Positions 51,035 to 60,204 of a stretch of 64,000 bases of DNA are shown here, piece by piece. Origin of the DNA: an uncultured delta proteobacterium (GTDB taxonomy: Bacteria; Myxococcota_A; Polyangia; Fen-1088). The translations under genes were made by a program, and so were the position numbers. The first letter of the stretch is position 1. The number at the start of each line of letters is the position of its first letter. The notes beneath the pieces were generated by a model that made no database searches, was not told where the DNA came from, and saw nothing but the letters and a program-made list of their open reading frames with translations. The stretch lies in contig CAVWIP010000003.1 of the NCBI GenBank assembly GCA_963755125.1, positions 19,344 through 83,343 on the forward strand. The letters are read 5' to 3'.

Positions 51035-52261
51035 TCAGGATTGGCCCGGGGCAGCCACTGGGCTGCCAGCCAGCAGACTCTGGTAGATTTTCAGGTGGCG
51101 TTGCGCCCACAGGCGGGCACCGCCTTCGCGTTCCGCGTAGGCCCGACAGTTGGGTCGCATCAGTGCCCATCTGGCCCGGTCCTTTGCGACGCCATCGAGC
51201 GCAGCGCGCAGCGCATCCGCATCGCCGGCCGGAACAACCGCACCGGTCTCGCCGTGGCGAACGATCTCGGGAAGTCCGCCGGCATTCGACGAGACCACCG
51301 GAGTCCCGCAAGCGAGCGCCTCGAGCGCGGCCTGGCCGAAGGATTCCACCAACGACGGCATGACCAGCGCGTCCGCGGCGGAGAGCAGCGCGCACAGCAG
51401 TTGCGGCTGGGCGATGCGGCCCAGCACACGCACCCGCCCAGGACCCAGCGCGAATTCCGCTGCTTCGTCCTCCTCGCCGGCGATCAGCAGGACGAAGGAT
51501 CGCTCGGCCCTGGCCAGCGCCTTTTCCAGCACGGCCCAGCCCTTGTACTGGTTGCGAAACCTGTCGGCCACCATGGCAAAGCAGACGGTACCCTCGGGGA
51601 TCCCGAACACGACTCGCGCCGCAGATTGATCCACCGGGGCAAAAACCGAAAGATCCAGGCCGTGCGGAACCACCTCGACCGGGCGGCCGAGATTCTCCTC
51701 CGCCAAACGCGCCATCATGCGGCTCGGGGCAACCAAGGCCAGCCTTTGCCGCGAGTCGAAGTACTCACGCCGGACTTTCATGGCGGCCTCCCGGTCCGGG
51801 CCGTCAGGCCAGATCCTTTCGGGGCTGGCCCCCTGGCCGGGCAACAACCAGGCTTCGGGGCTGAAACCCCAGCAGTCGTGAAAAGTCCACACCACAGGCA
51901 GACGGGGATCGAGTCGACCGAGCGCCCTGTGGTCGAGCGCCGAGGTGTGCAGGTTTTGGACATGCAGCACATCGCACGGGTGTTCAGCCAGAGCAGACGC
52001 AAGATGGGCACCGGCGACGTACGATGCCAGCCTTCGGGCCGGCGCGATGCGTTTGGTTCGATACCAGGCTGATGCCCCCAGCGCCGACAGGCCCACATAC
52101 TGGGCGTCCCAATCGCGTGCGTGGCCGTAGAAGGTCTTCTGCCGCTGCAGGTGGAATCTTCGAACACGGTACCCCGCGGCGGCAAGAGCGCTGGCCAGTC
52201 GGGACGCTGCTATGGACGCGCCAAGCGTGGTTTCGAGATCGGAGACGAACGCGATTCGCAC
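51035..52261 (-). CDS. Glycosyltransferase family 4
   Basis: GASIAASRL, WTFHDCW, YKG, ESFGQAALEALACGTPVV...GGLPE. Confidence 0.88.
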   Translation of the reverse strand: MRIAFVSDLETTLGASIAASRLASALAAAGYRVRRFHLQRQKTFYGHARDWDAQYVGLSALGASAWYRTKRIAPARRLASYVAGAHLASALAEHPCDVLHVQNLHTSALDHRALGRLDPRLPVVWTFHDCWGFSPEAWLLPGQGASPERIWPDGPDREAAMKVRREYFDSRQRLALVAPSRMMARLAEENLGRPVEVVPHGLDLSVFAPVDQSAARVVFGIPEGTVCFAMVADRFRNQYKGWAVLEKALARAERSFVLLIAGEEDEAAEFALGPGRVRVLGRIAQPQLLCALLSAADALVMPSLVESFGQAALEALACGTPVVSSNAGGLPEIVRHGETGAVVPAGDADALRAALDGVAKDRARWALMRPNCRAYAEREGGARLWAQRHLKIYQSLLAGSPVAAPGQS

Positions 52262-52850
52262 CGGCCGGAGTATTGACCTGGGCCACGGGCATGTCCAGCG
52301 CCGGAAGGAAGTGACGCTGGATGGTCTTGCGGGCCAAGGAGAATCACTTTGCCGCCCACAACGGTGGGCGCCCGCTTGCCAATCGCGGCCGCCGTGGCCA
52401 GTTCCGGCACGAGCACAACATCCCAGCTGTTTTCTGGTCCGCACGGAATTCGGCCGACAGTAGCGTCGGATCGGGACAATCTTCGCTTGTTGTCGCGAAG
52501 TAAGTGGGGACGGAGCCTTGGACCTCTCGTACGTCCGGTAACCCGCCCCTGCTCATGTGCACGTCAAGAGATTTGCGTAATCCCGCAACCATGTTTTCTT
52601 GGGGAAGTTACAAAGGGCGACCGCGAACTTCGCTACAGGACAGCACTTTTCGCCAAGATCGCCCAGATTCTCTGACCGGTCATTGGGGCAGTCCAAGCGG
52701 CGCGGTGCGACTCAAGGGAGGCTTGTCGATTTTCTTGCGGACCCATTGGACGAAAGCTGATAGGTTCTTGCCGCGTTCCTCGCTGACGTTGAGTGAATGC
52801 GTTGGTGCGGACGCGCTTGTTTTTGTGGCGCCGCTCAAGGAGGTCGAGAA

Positions 52851-54995
52851 ATGAAGATTGAACTGTCACGCGGATTCCGTCGCTGGTGTGCAACATCCAT
52901 CTTTGCGGTCTTGTCGGGGTCGCTGTCCGGCTGCTCTGGGACGCCGGATGCAACCGCCACCTTGGTCAAGCGTCAGGCTCTACAGTACCAGCCCGATGCC
53001 AGTATCGACACAGGCCCCCAACTCGATGCGGGCACCGACACGATCCCGACATCCTTTGAGGGCTGGCTGGATGGCAACAGTGTGCCGCCGACCCTAGTGA
53101 CTGACAGCACGGCGCCGTCGGGCCAGCCGGTCATGCAGGTCACGCGGGACACGGCAGGTGGGGACTATTTCTCCCCCTGGACCGCGGTGACAGGTGGCAA
53201 CACCTACTGCGTGAGCGCGAACATACGTTGGGCAGGAGGCAGTGTTCCGTTCGTCGGCATCGATACCACGGGCTTAGTCGACTGGCTGATGGGCTCGGCC
53301 TATACCGATCCTGTCTTCGGCGCCACGAGGGTGGTCAGCGTCACTGCAAGCGGCTGGCAGAGCCTGTCCCGCCAGATCGTGATGCCGGCGGGAGCCACGC
53401 AGGCTCGGCTGTCGGTCGAACTGTGGGACGGCGAGATGAAGGCAGGATCCGACGAAGCATACTTCGACAGCGTCCAGATCGTGAGCGGAGGCTGCGCGGG
53501 ATCAGTTCCCGCCGGAAGCTGGCTGGATGGCAGCGGAGTGGCGGCTACCCTGGTGACCGACAACACGGCGCCGTCGGGCCAGCCGGTCATGCAGGTCACG
53601 CGTGACACGGCAGGCGGGGATTACTTCTCGCCCTGGACCGCGGTGACCGGAGGCAACACGTACTGCGTGAGCGCGAATATACGATGGGTGGGCGGTGGCA
53701 TTCCGTTCGTCGGCATCGACACCACGGGCTTGGTCAACTGGCTAATGGGCGCCGCCTACACCGATCCTCTCTTCGGTGCAACGACGGTGGTCAGCGCCAC
53801 CGCAAGCGGCTGGCAGAGCCTGTCCCGCCAGATCGTGATACCGGTGGGAATCACGCAGGCGCGCTTGTCGGTGGAGCTGTGGGGCGGCCAGACCAAGGCA
53901 GGAGCCGACGAGGCGTACTTCGACAACGTTCACATCGCGGCCGGAGGTTGCTGGGTGGATGGCAACGGAGTGGGAGTGATCGTGGTGCCTGACAGCACGG
54001 CGCCATCGGGCCAGCCGGTCATGCAGGTCACGCGGGACACGGTGGGCGGGGATTACTTCTCGCCCTGGACGGCAGTGACAGCAGGCAACACGTATTGCGT
54101 GAGCGCGAACATCCGATGGGTGGGGGGCGGCATCCCGTTCGTCGGCATCGACACCACGGGCTTGGTCGACTGGTTGATGGGCGCGGCATATACGGATCCT
54201 CTTTTCGGCCCCACGACGCTGGTCAGCGCCACGGCAAGCGGCTGGCAGAGCCTGTCCCGCCAGATCGTGATGCCTGCGGGAGCCACGCAGGCGCGGCTCT
54301 CGATCGAACTGTGGGACGGCCAGACCAAGGCTGGAGCGGACGAGGCTTACTTCGACAGCGTCAACATCGCAAGCGGAGGCTGCGCAGGGTCAGCGCCTCC
54401 TGGGAGCTGGCTGGATGGCAGCGAGGTGGCGGCGACCCTGGTGATTGACGGCACGGCGCCGTCGGGCCAGCCGGTCATGCAGGTCACTCGCGACACGGTG
54501 GGCGGGGATTACTTCTCGCCTTGGACGACAGTGACAGCAGGCAACACGTATTGCGTGAGCGCGAACATACGATGGGTGGGGGGCGGCATCCCGTTCGTCG
54601 GCATCGACACCACGGGCTTGGTCGACTGGTTGATGGGCGCGGCCTATACCGATTCTCTCTTCGGCCCCACGACACTGGTGAGCGCCACAGTAAGCGGCTG
54701 GCAGAGCCTGTCACGCCAGATCGTGATGCCTGCGGGAGTCACGCAGGCTCGGCTGTCGATCGAATTGTGGGGTGGCCAGACCAAGGCTGGAGCGGACGAA
54801 GCGTACTTCGACAACGTTAACATCGCGGCCGGCAGTTGCTCCGCGATTTCCAGCCCCGACGCCGGCATCGATGTCGGCACCGGCACCGCTACCGACACCG
54901 GCACCGGTACCGGCACTGGCGGGGGCGGAGCCGATGCCTCGGTCGACGGCGGCGCCAGCTCTTCGGATTCGTCGACATCAACTGCGGATAGCTGA
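52851..54995 (+). CDS. Lipoprotein with four tandem CBM-like beta-sandwich repeats and a DAG/Gly-Thr linker tail
   Basis: SD AAGGAGG; lipobox LSG-C; four 144-152 aa repeats (GNTYCVSANIRW, GWQ.L...I..P.G.TQARL, YFD.V) typical of galactose-binding-like folds. Confidence 0.8.
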   Translation: MKIELSRGFRRWCATSIFAVLSGSLSGCSGTPDATATLVKRQALQYQPDASIDTGPQLDAGTDTIPTSFEGWLDGNSVPPTLVTDSTAPSGQPVMQVTRDTAGGDYFSPWTAVTGGNTYCVSANIRWAGGSVPFVGIDTTGLVDWLMGSAYTDPVFGATRVVSVTASGWQSLSRQIVMPAGATQARLSVELWDGEMKAGSDEAYFDSVQIVSGGCAGSVPAGSWLDGSGVAATLVTDNTAPSGQPVMQVTRDTAGGDYFSPWTAVTGGNTYCVSANIRWVGGGIPFVGIDTTGLVNWLMGAAYTDPLFGATTVVSATASGWQSLSRQIVIPVGITQARLSVELWGGQTKAGADEAYFDNVHIAAGGCWVDGNGVGVIVVPDSTAPSGQPVMQVTRDTVGGDYFSPWTAVTAGNTYCVSANIRWVGGGIPFVGIDTTGLVDWLMGAAYTDPLFGPTTLVSATASGWQSLSRQIVMPAGATQARLSIELWDGQTKAGADEAYFDSVNIASGGCAGSAPPGSWLDGSEVAATLVIDGTAPSGQPVMQVTRDTVGGDYFSPWTTVTAGNTYCVSANIRWVGGGIPFVGIDTTGLVDWLMGAAYTDSLFGPTTLVSATVSGWQSLSRQIVMPAGVTQARLSIELWGGQTKAGADEAYFDNVNIAAGSCSAISSPDAGIDVGTGTATDTGTGTGTGGGGADASVDGGASSSDSSTSTADS
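53064..54840 (+). repeat. Four intragenic direct repeats
   Basis: Repeat starts at 53064, 53520, 53952 and 54408 (periods 456, 432, 456 bp) with high nucleotide similarity. Confidence 0.92.
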
Positions 54996-55143
54996 GCGGG
55001 CGCAGGTGGTTCGGCCGATGGGTCCTGCCCGATTGATTTGCCGATCCAAGGAATCGGACTAAACTTCCGGCGGTTTGAAATCGGACGCCCATCGGCGCGG
55101 TCGACGCGGCCACGACCAGACTTCCTGGCTGGGGAATATGTAG

Positions 55144-56097
55144 ATGTCTTCGGCGACAAGCGGCACGGATGTCACCATCCTCATGCCGACGCTGAACGCG
55201 GCCGCCTTTGTCGACGAAGCACTGTCGTCGATCCGGTCCAGCGACCTAGCCGCCCAGAAGAGGGTTGAGGTCCTTCTGCTCGATGGTGGCTCGACCGATC
55301 GCACGCTAGAGATCGCCCGGCGATACGAACCTTTCATCCGCGCAAGCGTGGAGAAGGACGGCAGCCTGTACGCTGCGCTCGGCCGCGGCCTGGCGATGGC
55401 CCAGGGTGAGATTGTGGGCTGGGTCAACGCTGATGAGACGCTCAGCAAGGACGGTGCCCTGCGCGTGGTCGATGTCTTGTCGGCAGATCCTACGCTCGAC
55501 CTCGCCTACGGCGACTACCTCAATGTCCGCGAGGGCGGCACACCTGAACTGCGGCAGCAGGCTGACGAAGCCCTCAGCAGGTTTGCGGACGGTGCCCTCG
55601 GCGCTTTCGTCGTACCGCTCACGATGTTCTGGCGGCGGCAGGCGCTGCTGCGGCTGGGTGGCTGGGGTTCGTCTTACCGGATCGTGGGCGATCAGGAACT
55701 CTGGATCCGCGCCGCGGCCTTGTGGCCGGCGCTTCGGGTGGAACATGTGGACGCGGTCGTTGGTTCGTTTCGCGTTCACCCGGGGTCACTCTCGAGCGGT
55801 GAGGGGTATTTGGAGAGGGTAAATCGCGAGTACCTCGCACTCTACCGCGCGGCGGGCGCATACCAGGGCCTTCCTGCGGGGCTTGCGCAATCCCTGCGAC
55901 AGAAGAAGCGCGAACTCGTGATGTGGTTTGCCGGCCGGCACTGGAAGCGCGGCCACCTTCGCACGGCCTACCGGACGATTCGAGATCTGGCGGGTCCAGA
56001 CGATGGGGTCGCCACCACTGTGGCGATTCACCTGCTCGAGTCGATACGTTGGCGAATCGCGCGGCTGGGGAAATTGTTGCGGCGGCCTTCGATGTAG
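55144..56097 (+). CDS. Glycosyltransferase family 2
   Basis: TILMPTLN, DGGSTD.T, EKDGSLYAALGRG, GWVNADE, DQELWIR. Confidence 0.88.
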   Translation: MSSATSGTDVTILMPTLNAAAFVDEALSSIRSSDLAAQKRVEVLLLDGGSTDRTLEIARRYEPFIRASVEKDGSLYAALGRGLAMAQGEIVGWVNADETLSKDGALRVVDVLSADPTLDLAYGDYLNVREGGTPELRQQADEALSRFADGALGAFVVPLTMFWRRQALLRLGGWGSSYRIVGDQELWIRAAALWPALRVEHVDAVVGSFRVHPGSLSSGEGYLERVNREYLALYRAAGAYQGLPAGLAQSLRQKKRELVMWFAGRHWKRGHLRTAYRTIRDLAGPDDGVATTVAIHLLESIRWRIARLGKLLRRPSM

Positions 56098-56100
56098 CTA

Positions 56101-57381
56101 TTACCCGGATACGGACGAATACGCTGCGATTTCTGACTCGATGGTTTGCCACAGCACCTCACCGACGGCCTGGCGACGGCGCAGCCCTTCGTCCATCAGC
56201 ACCCGGGGATCAGGACGGGCTCGCAATGGCTCCTTTGCCATTTCTGACATGAGTCTAGCCAATCCTTGCGCGTCTTTCGGGTCGAAGAATCGCACCGACG
56301 CCACGTATTTCTCCAGCTCACGATTCACGGGGATGTCGGACACGAGGGCTGGCACGCCCAAAGAGACCGCGTCGTACACGGCGCCGCCGCCTGGGCCGCC
56401 CTCGAACAGCGTCGGCTGTACGACCGCAATGGCATTCTTCATGACCTCGACCTGATCGCGCTTTGGGATGGACCCAAGGATCCGAACCCGCTCACCCAGT
56501 TTGGCCTCGTGGATAAGCTGCAGCAGGGAGGGGAAGTGCTTTCGGTCACGCACGTCCGTCGTGCTACCCGTGCACGCGACCTGAACTCCCCGGAACGTCG
56601 CCTCTTCCGCCAGAAGGCGGAGGGCCTCGAAAACCAGGCGATGATTCTTGTGGGTCCAGAACTGATTCGCGACCAGGAAATAGCGATCAGGCAGATTGTA
56701 TTTTGCAAGCAGCCCCGGATCATCAGCCAACCACTCAGCGCGGGGAGCGGCCCCAAAAGGCAGCGCAACGAATTCCGCTCGACCCTGCAGGAAGCGCAGA
56801 CAGTCAGCCCTGACTTGCTGGGAATTGACGACCACGTAACGCGCGGTCCGGGCCATCGCATCAAAGGAGCGATCTCGCGTAAGTCGCTCTACCTCTGTGA
56901 ATAGCTCGGGCAGGTGCCGATGCTGGAAGTCGAACATGTACCCGATCCACGGCACGGCGAAGCTCTCTGAAAGGGGCCAGATGGCGGGAAGCAGGCACGT
57001 CAGGTCGTGTCGCCGCACGACCACACGCAGTTCCTCCTCCCCAAAATAGAAGACTGCAGGGACGTCGTGGCCGAGTGCTTCGCGGAGCCTTTCGTACTGC
57101 CAGCGCGGCGAGAGCGCAGTCTGCTCCTGGTAGGACTCTCGGAGTTGCTTGAGCCCACGGTGCCCATGCCGGCCACGCAGCCAGTGCCAGCACGGCGCCA
57201 CCAGGAATCGCACTCGAGAACGCAAACGCATCCGGGGCACCAGCAGCACGAACTCGCAGTCAGGTGGGGCGGAAACCCGCAAGGCGTCGACGACCATGCG
57301 CAAAAAATCAATTCCGCCGGCCCAGGACATGAAGCCCGCGGTGAGTATGCCTATGCGTCTCACGAACCCCTCCTCTTGCAC
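56101..57381 (-). CDS. Glycosyltransferase family 4
   Basis: WAGG, DFQH..LPE.F, NQFWTHKNH, PTLFEGGPG, SDIPVNRE; start may be GTG 57363. Confidence 0.88.
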   Translation of the reverse strand: MQEEGFVRRIGILTAGFMSWAGGIDFLRMVVDALRVSAPPDCEFVLLVPRMRLRSRVRFLVAPCWHWLRGRHGHRGLKQLRESYQEQTALSPRWQYERLREALGHDVPAVFYFGEEELRVVVRRHDLTCLLPAIWPLSESFAVPWIGYMFDFQHRHLPELFTEVERLTRDRSFDAMARTARYVVVNSQQVRADCLRFLQGRAEFVALPFGAAPRAEWLADDPGLLAKYNLPDRYFLVANQFWTHKNHRLVFEALRLLAEEATFRGVQVACTGSTTDVRDRKHFPSLLQLIHEAKLGERVRILGSIPKRDQVEVMKNAIAVVQPTLFEGGPGGGAVYDAVSLGVPALVSDIPVNRELEKYVASVRFFDPKDAQGLARLMSEMAKEPLRARPDPRVLMDEGLRRRQAVGEVLWQTIESEIAAYSSVSG

Positions 57382-57695
57382 GATACAATGACCCAGAAAC
57401 CGCCCGACGGGAACCTGCGACGAACGGACTCGCGCAAGATGCGAACCGCCTTGGCCGCACGCGCCGTCAGCAATTTGCTACCGCCAGACGATGTGCCGCC
57501 TCGACTTTGCCGCGAGGACACGATAGCGTTCACCGGTCGATTCATGAAGGAGCCGGCGGAACAGTCCCCTGATCCCTCGGTTCGCCGCCCAGCGACCACG
57601 CCGTTGACCATCTTTCCCTGGGAACGACTCCGGCGCACAGCGATCGTCGTGAGATCACATGTCAACGAATTGGATCGGGCTCCGCGAGATCCTGG

Positions 57696-58769
57696 CTAGT
57701 TCTTCTTCCAAAACACTACATTCTCAAGGCCGTTTTCACGCAAATACGAATCGTCAAGGCTGAACAGGTGTCTGAGTTGAGTATCGAACCCGATCTTCAA
57801 TCCGCTGGATAGGAGGGCTTCTCGCTTCTTCACCAGCAGCGATCTTACCGATTCCGACGTTCTTTCTATCACCTTCTCCCAGTATCGATCGGGTGTATCA
57901 CGGCGCACGTAGCTCGCTGTGTTCGCGTCAGCGACATCGACAAGGGTCGGGCCAAGAGCGATAGCCCAATCAAGAAACAGCCCGGTCTCATGTAGACTGA
58001 TCGGAGTTACGAGATACTTAGCCACAACTTGCGCTTTCTTCCCTTTGGCCAGCCTCTCCGCAAAGGCGATGGTGTTCGCGACGTCCATGCCCATGATGGT
58101 CCGGTAGGTCACCGGCTGGAAGCCCGCAATCGAAATGATTACTCTTCCTGAGAAGAGACGTTCTACAAGATCCGCGACGCCAGCACCGACATTGCCATTT
58201 GTAACGAGGGAAAACGTTACCCCCTCATTGTCTCGCAGGACTTGCTCGATCCACATCAGGGACTTCTTCTGAATCAGAACCTCGCCACCTTGAACCATGA
58301 TCTCCCGTGGCCGCAACTGTTCCACCATCCGGGTCAGGGAATCATAGTAGTCATACCGACCATGCCAATCCGGCGCACCAACACAGCACATCGCGCACGT
58401 CCCCTGACAGACCAGGGACAGCTCGATGTTCAGGAAGTTATAGGCTGGCGTTTCCCCGGGCGCGGCAGGCGCAAGCTCGTACCTCTCACAACAACAGGCG
58501 GCACTGAATCGCCGTATCTTCTCGAGAATCCCCGGTTCGTCAAGATGGCCGATCTTCATATCCTCCCGAACCCAAGTGAGACAACACGGAAACACAGATC
58601 CATCGTGGTTTATGAATAGCTCTTGGTAGTGGCAGGTTCTCTTGCGAAGGTCGGCCCGCCCCACATTCTTCCGCAGTAGTCTTGCGAGTCGGGCTCTATA
58701 CGCCCTGGCAAGTGGGTGATACCTCTTTGGTATGATGAGCTTCAGGGCCGGCCTAAGAAGAACATTCAT
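57696..58769 (-). CDS. Radical SAM protein with N-terminal SPASM/twitch-like domain
   Basis: C-HYQELFINHDGSVFPCC...IGHL...CCC precedes CQGTCAMC, GGE and TNG. Confidence 0.8.
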   Translation of the reverse strand: MNVLLRPALKLIIPKRYHPLARAYRARLARLLRKNVGRADLRKRTCHYQELFINHDGSVFPCCLTWVREDMKIGHLDEPGILEKIRRFSAACCCERYELAPAAPGETPAYNFLNIELSLVCQGTCAMCCVGAPDWHGRYDYYDSLTRMVEQLRPREIMVQGGEVLIQKKSLMWIEQVLRDNEGVTFSLVTNGNVGAGVADLVERLFSGRVIISIAGFQPVTYRTIMGMDVANTIAFAERLAKGKKAQVVAKYLVTPISLHETGLFLDWAIALGPTLVDVADANTASYVRRDTPDRYWEKVIERTSESVRSLLVKKREALLSSGLKIGFDTQLRHLFSLDDSYLRENGLENVVFWKKN

Positions 58770-58841
58770 TACCGCACACCTATACCTTCATTGGGGGGCC
58801 AATGCCAGCAGGTGCCTGCATCGAGCAGGTGCTCTGAACGC

Positions 58842-59927
58842 TCAGCCGCCGAGGACGCTATTCAGGTCAAAGGCCGGCGGCAGAGGTACCTCGGCCAGAT
58901 CACCGCCCATCGTGCAGCGCGCGCAGACCAGGAGCTTTCCGGACACATGTTCCGAGACCATCGCAGCGCGCCGGGCGCCACGCCAAAACTCCGCCAACGT
59001 GGGTGAACCAGCTGCACCAATACTGCCCAGTGGAAACAATGTTCCGTTGCAGTCGCAACACGAACAGGCAGTCACAACCCCTGACGAGAGCACGCCACAT
59101 GCCAACATCATGACAGGACATGGCCCCCGTTTTGTGCGGCGTCCGCCAGTCACCAGGGGCAGCGCCCACGCTCGAGCTCTGTTGAGGTCAAGGTTGCCTG
59201 CCCAGTTCCCGTAGCGGTCGCAGTTGGAGACAGCAACGCCATTCTTAAGAAACGGCTGAAGGTACTCGGCGCTGCGCTGCGTAAAGTCATGATCGACGGT
59301 ACGAAATCCGAGATGTACCTTTAGGCCTGGAGCTGCCTTCTCCCGCAATGAGAGCACTCGGGCGACGCCGGCAAGGACCTTCTCGCATTTGTCGACCCGA
59401 TACATTCTCTGGTACGTTTCGCGATCCAATCCGCCCAGGCTCACGAATAGGTAATGGGTCTCCCGAAGTACAGCGACCCAATCTCCGTCAGAGAGGCGTT
59501 CATGAGCGATAAGATTCGTGGTGAACGAGATATCTCCAATCTCAGGATGTCTGCGCAGCACTTCAAAACGCTCCAACAGTCGCGGGTCGGTCAGTATCTC
59601 CCCTGTGCAGGGCGTCAGTGTGACCGCTCCGCCACCCATGTCGGAGTAGCTTCTGACTGCGGAGAAGAACATGTGCCTGGACATGACCTGTCGGGGGCGT
59701 GTCATGTCAGTGTAGGCACAGAATACGCAGCGTGCGTTGCAGGCATTCGTGGTCTCCAGCTTCAGCAGAAGAGGCTTATGCTTTACGCTGCGGTCGTAGT
59801 GGTCCAGCCAATCTCGAAGCCGGCGTTGACTCGGGATTTGGTCGTTGCGGTCGCGGCTCCTAAACACGGTTCGAGCTGCCCGACGAAGCAGCGGGATCTG
59901 TTTCAAGAGCTCTACAAAACGATGCAT
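58842..59927 (-). CDS. Radical SAM protein with C-terminal SPASM/twitch domain
   Basis: ETTNACNARCVFC, GE, TN; C-terminal C-PVM...SGVVTACSCCD...LGSI...CARC. Confidence 0.88.
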   Translation of the reverse strand: MHRFVELLKQIPLLRRAARTVFRSRDRNDQIPSQRRLRDWLDHYDRSVKHKPLLLKLETTNACNARCVFCAYTDMTRPRQVMSRHMFFSAVRSYSDMGGGAVTLTPCTGEILTDPRLLERFEVLRRHPEIGDISFTTNLIAHERLSDGDWVAVLRETHYLFVSLGGLDRETYQRMYRVDKCEKVLAGVARVLSLREKAAPGLKVHLGFRTVDHDFTQRSAEYLQPFLKNGVAVSNCDRYGNWAGNLDLNRARAWALPLVTGGRRTKRGPCPVMMLACGVLSSGVVTACSCCDCNGTLFPLGSIGAAGSPTLAEFWRGARRAAMVSEHVSGKLLVCARCTMGGDLAEVPLPPAFDLNSVLGG

Positions 59928-60204
59928 GTCTCACACCTCTCGTGTGCAGGCATCAGGAAGTATGGCGTCCACGCGCAGGTCACGGCTTGCGAGAATAGCA
60001 TCCGCCAGTGGTCCATCGCGTTCCCCGTCATGGCGCCTTATGTCATCACCATCAAGGAGGCCCCCTGATCTGCCTGTCCTCGACTCTCGATTGCCTGGTC
60101 ACGTGCGGTCACCGACGCGCGCGACAGCATCCTGATGTGCGCGACGCTGGCCGCCGCCTCGACTTTGCCCCACAGGCACGGTAGCGTTCGCCGGTCGATT
60201 CATC

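Noticed and set aside
53064..54840. Repeats as a CRISPR array or mobile element
   Set aside because: Units are 432-456 bp, in frame and protein-coding, with no unique spacers or cas genes.
54993..54995. Selenocysteine readthrough at TGA
   Set aside because: Falls in a low-complexity linker with no redox motif, and no SECIS-like hairpin was recognised.
60174..60188. ops-like sequence GGCACGGTAGCGT upstream of wzx
   Set aside because: Imperfect match, no JUMPStart context, and RfaH-ops is not established for this lineage.
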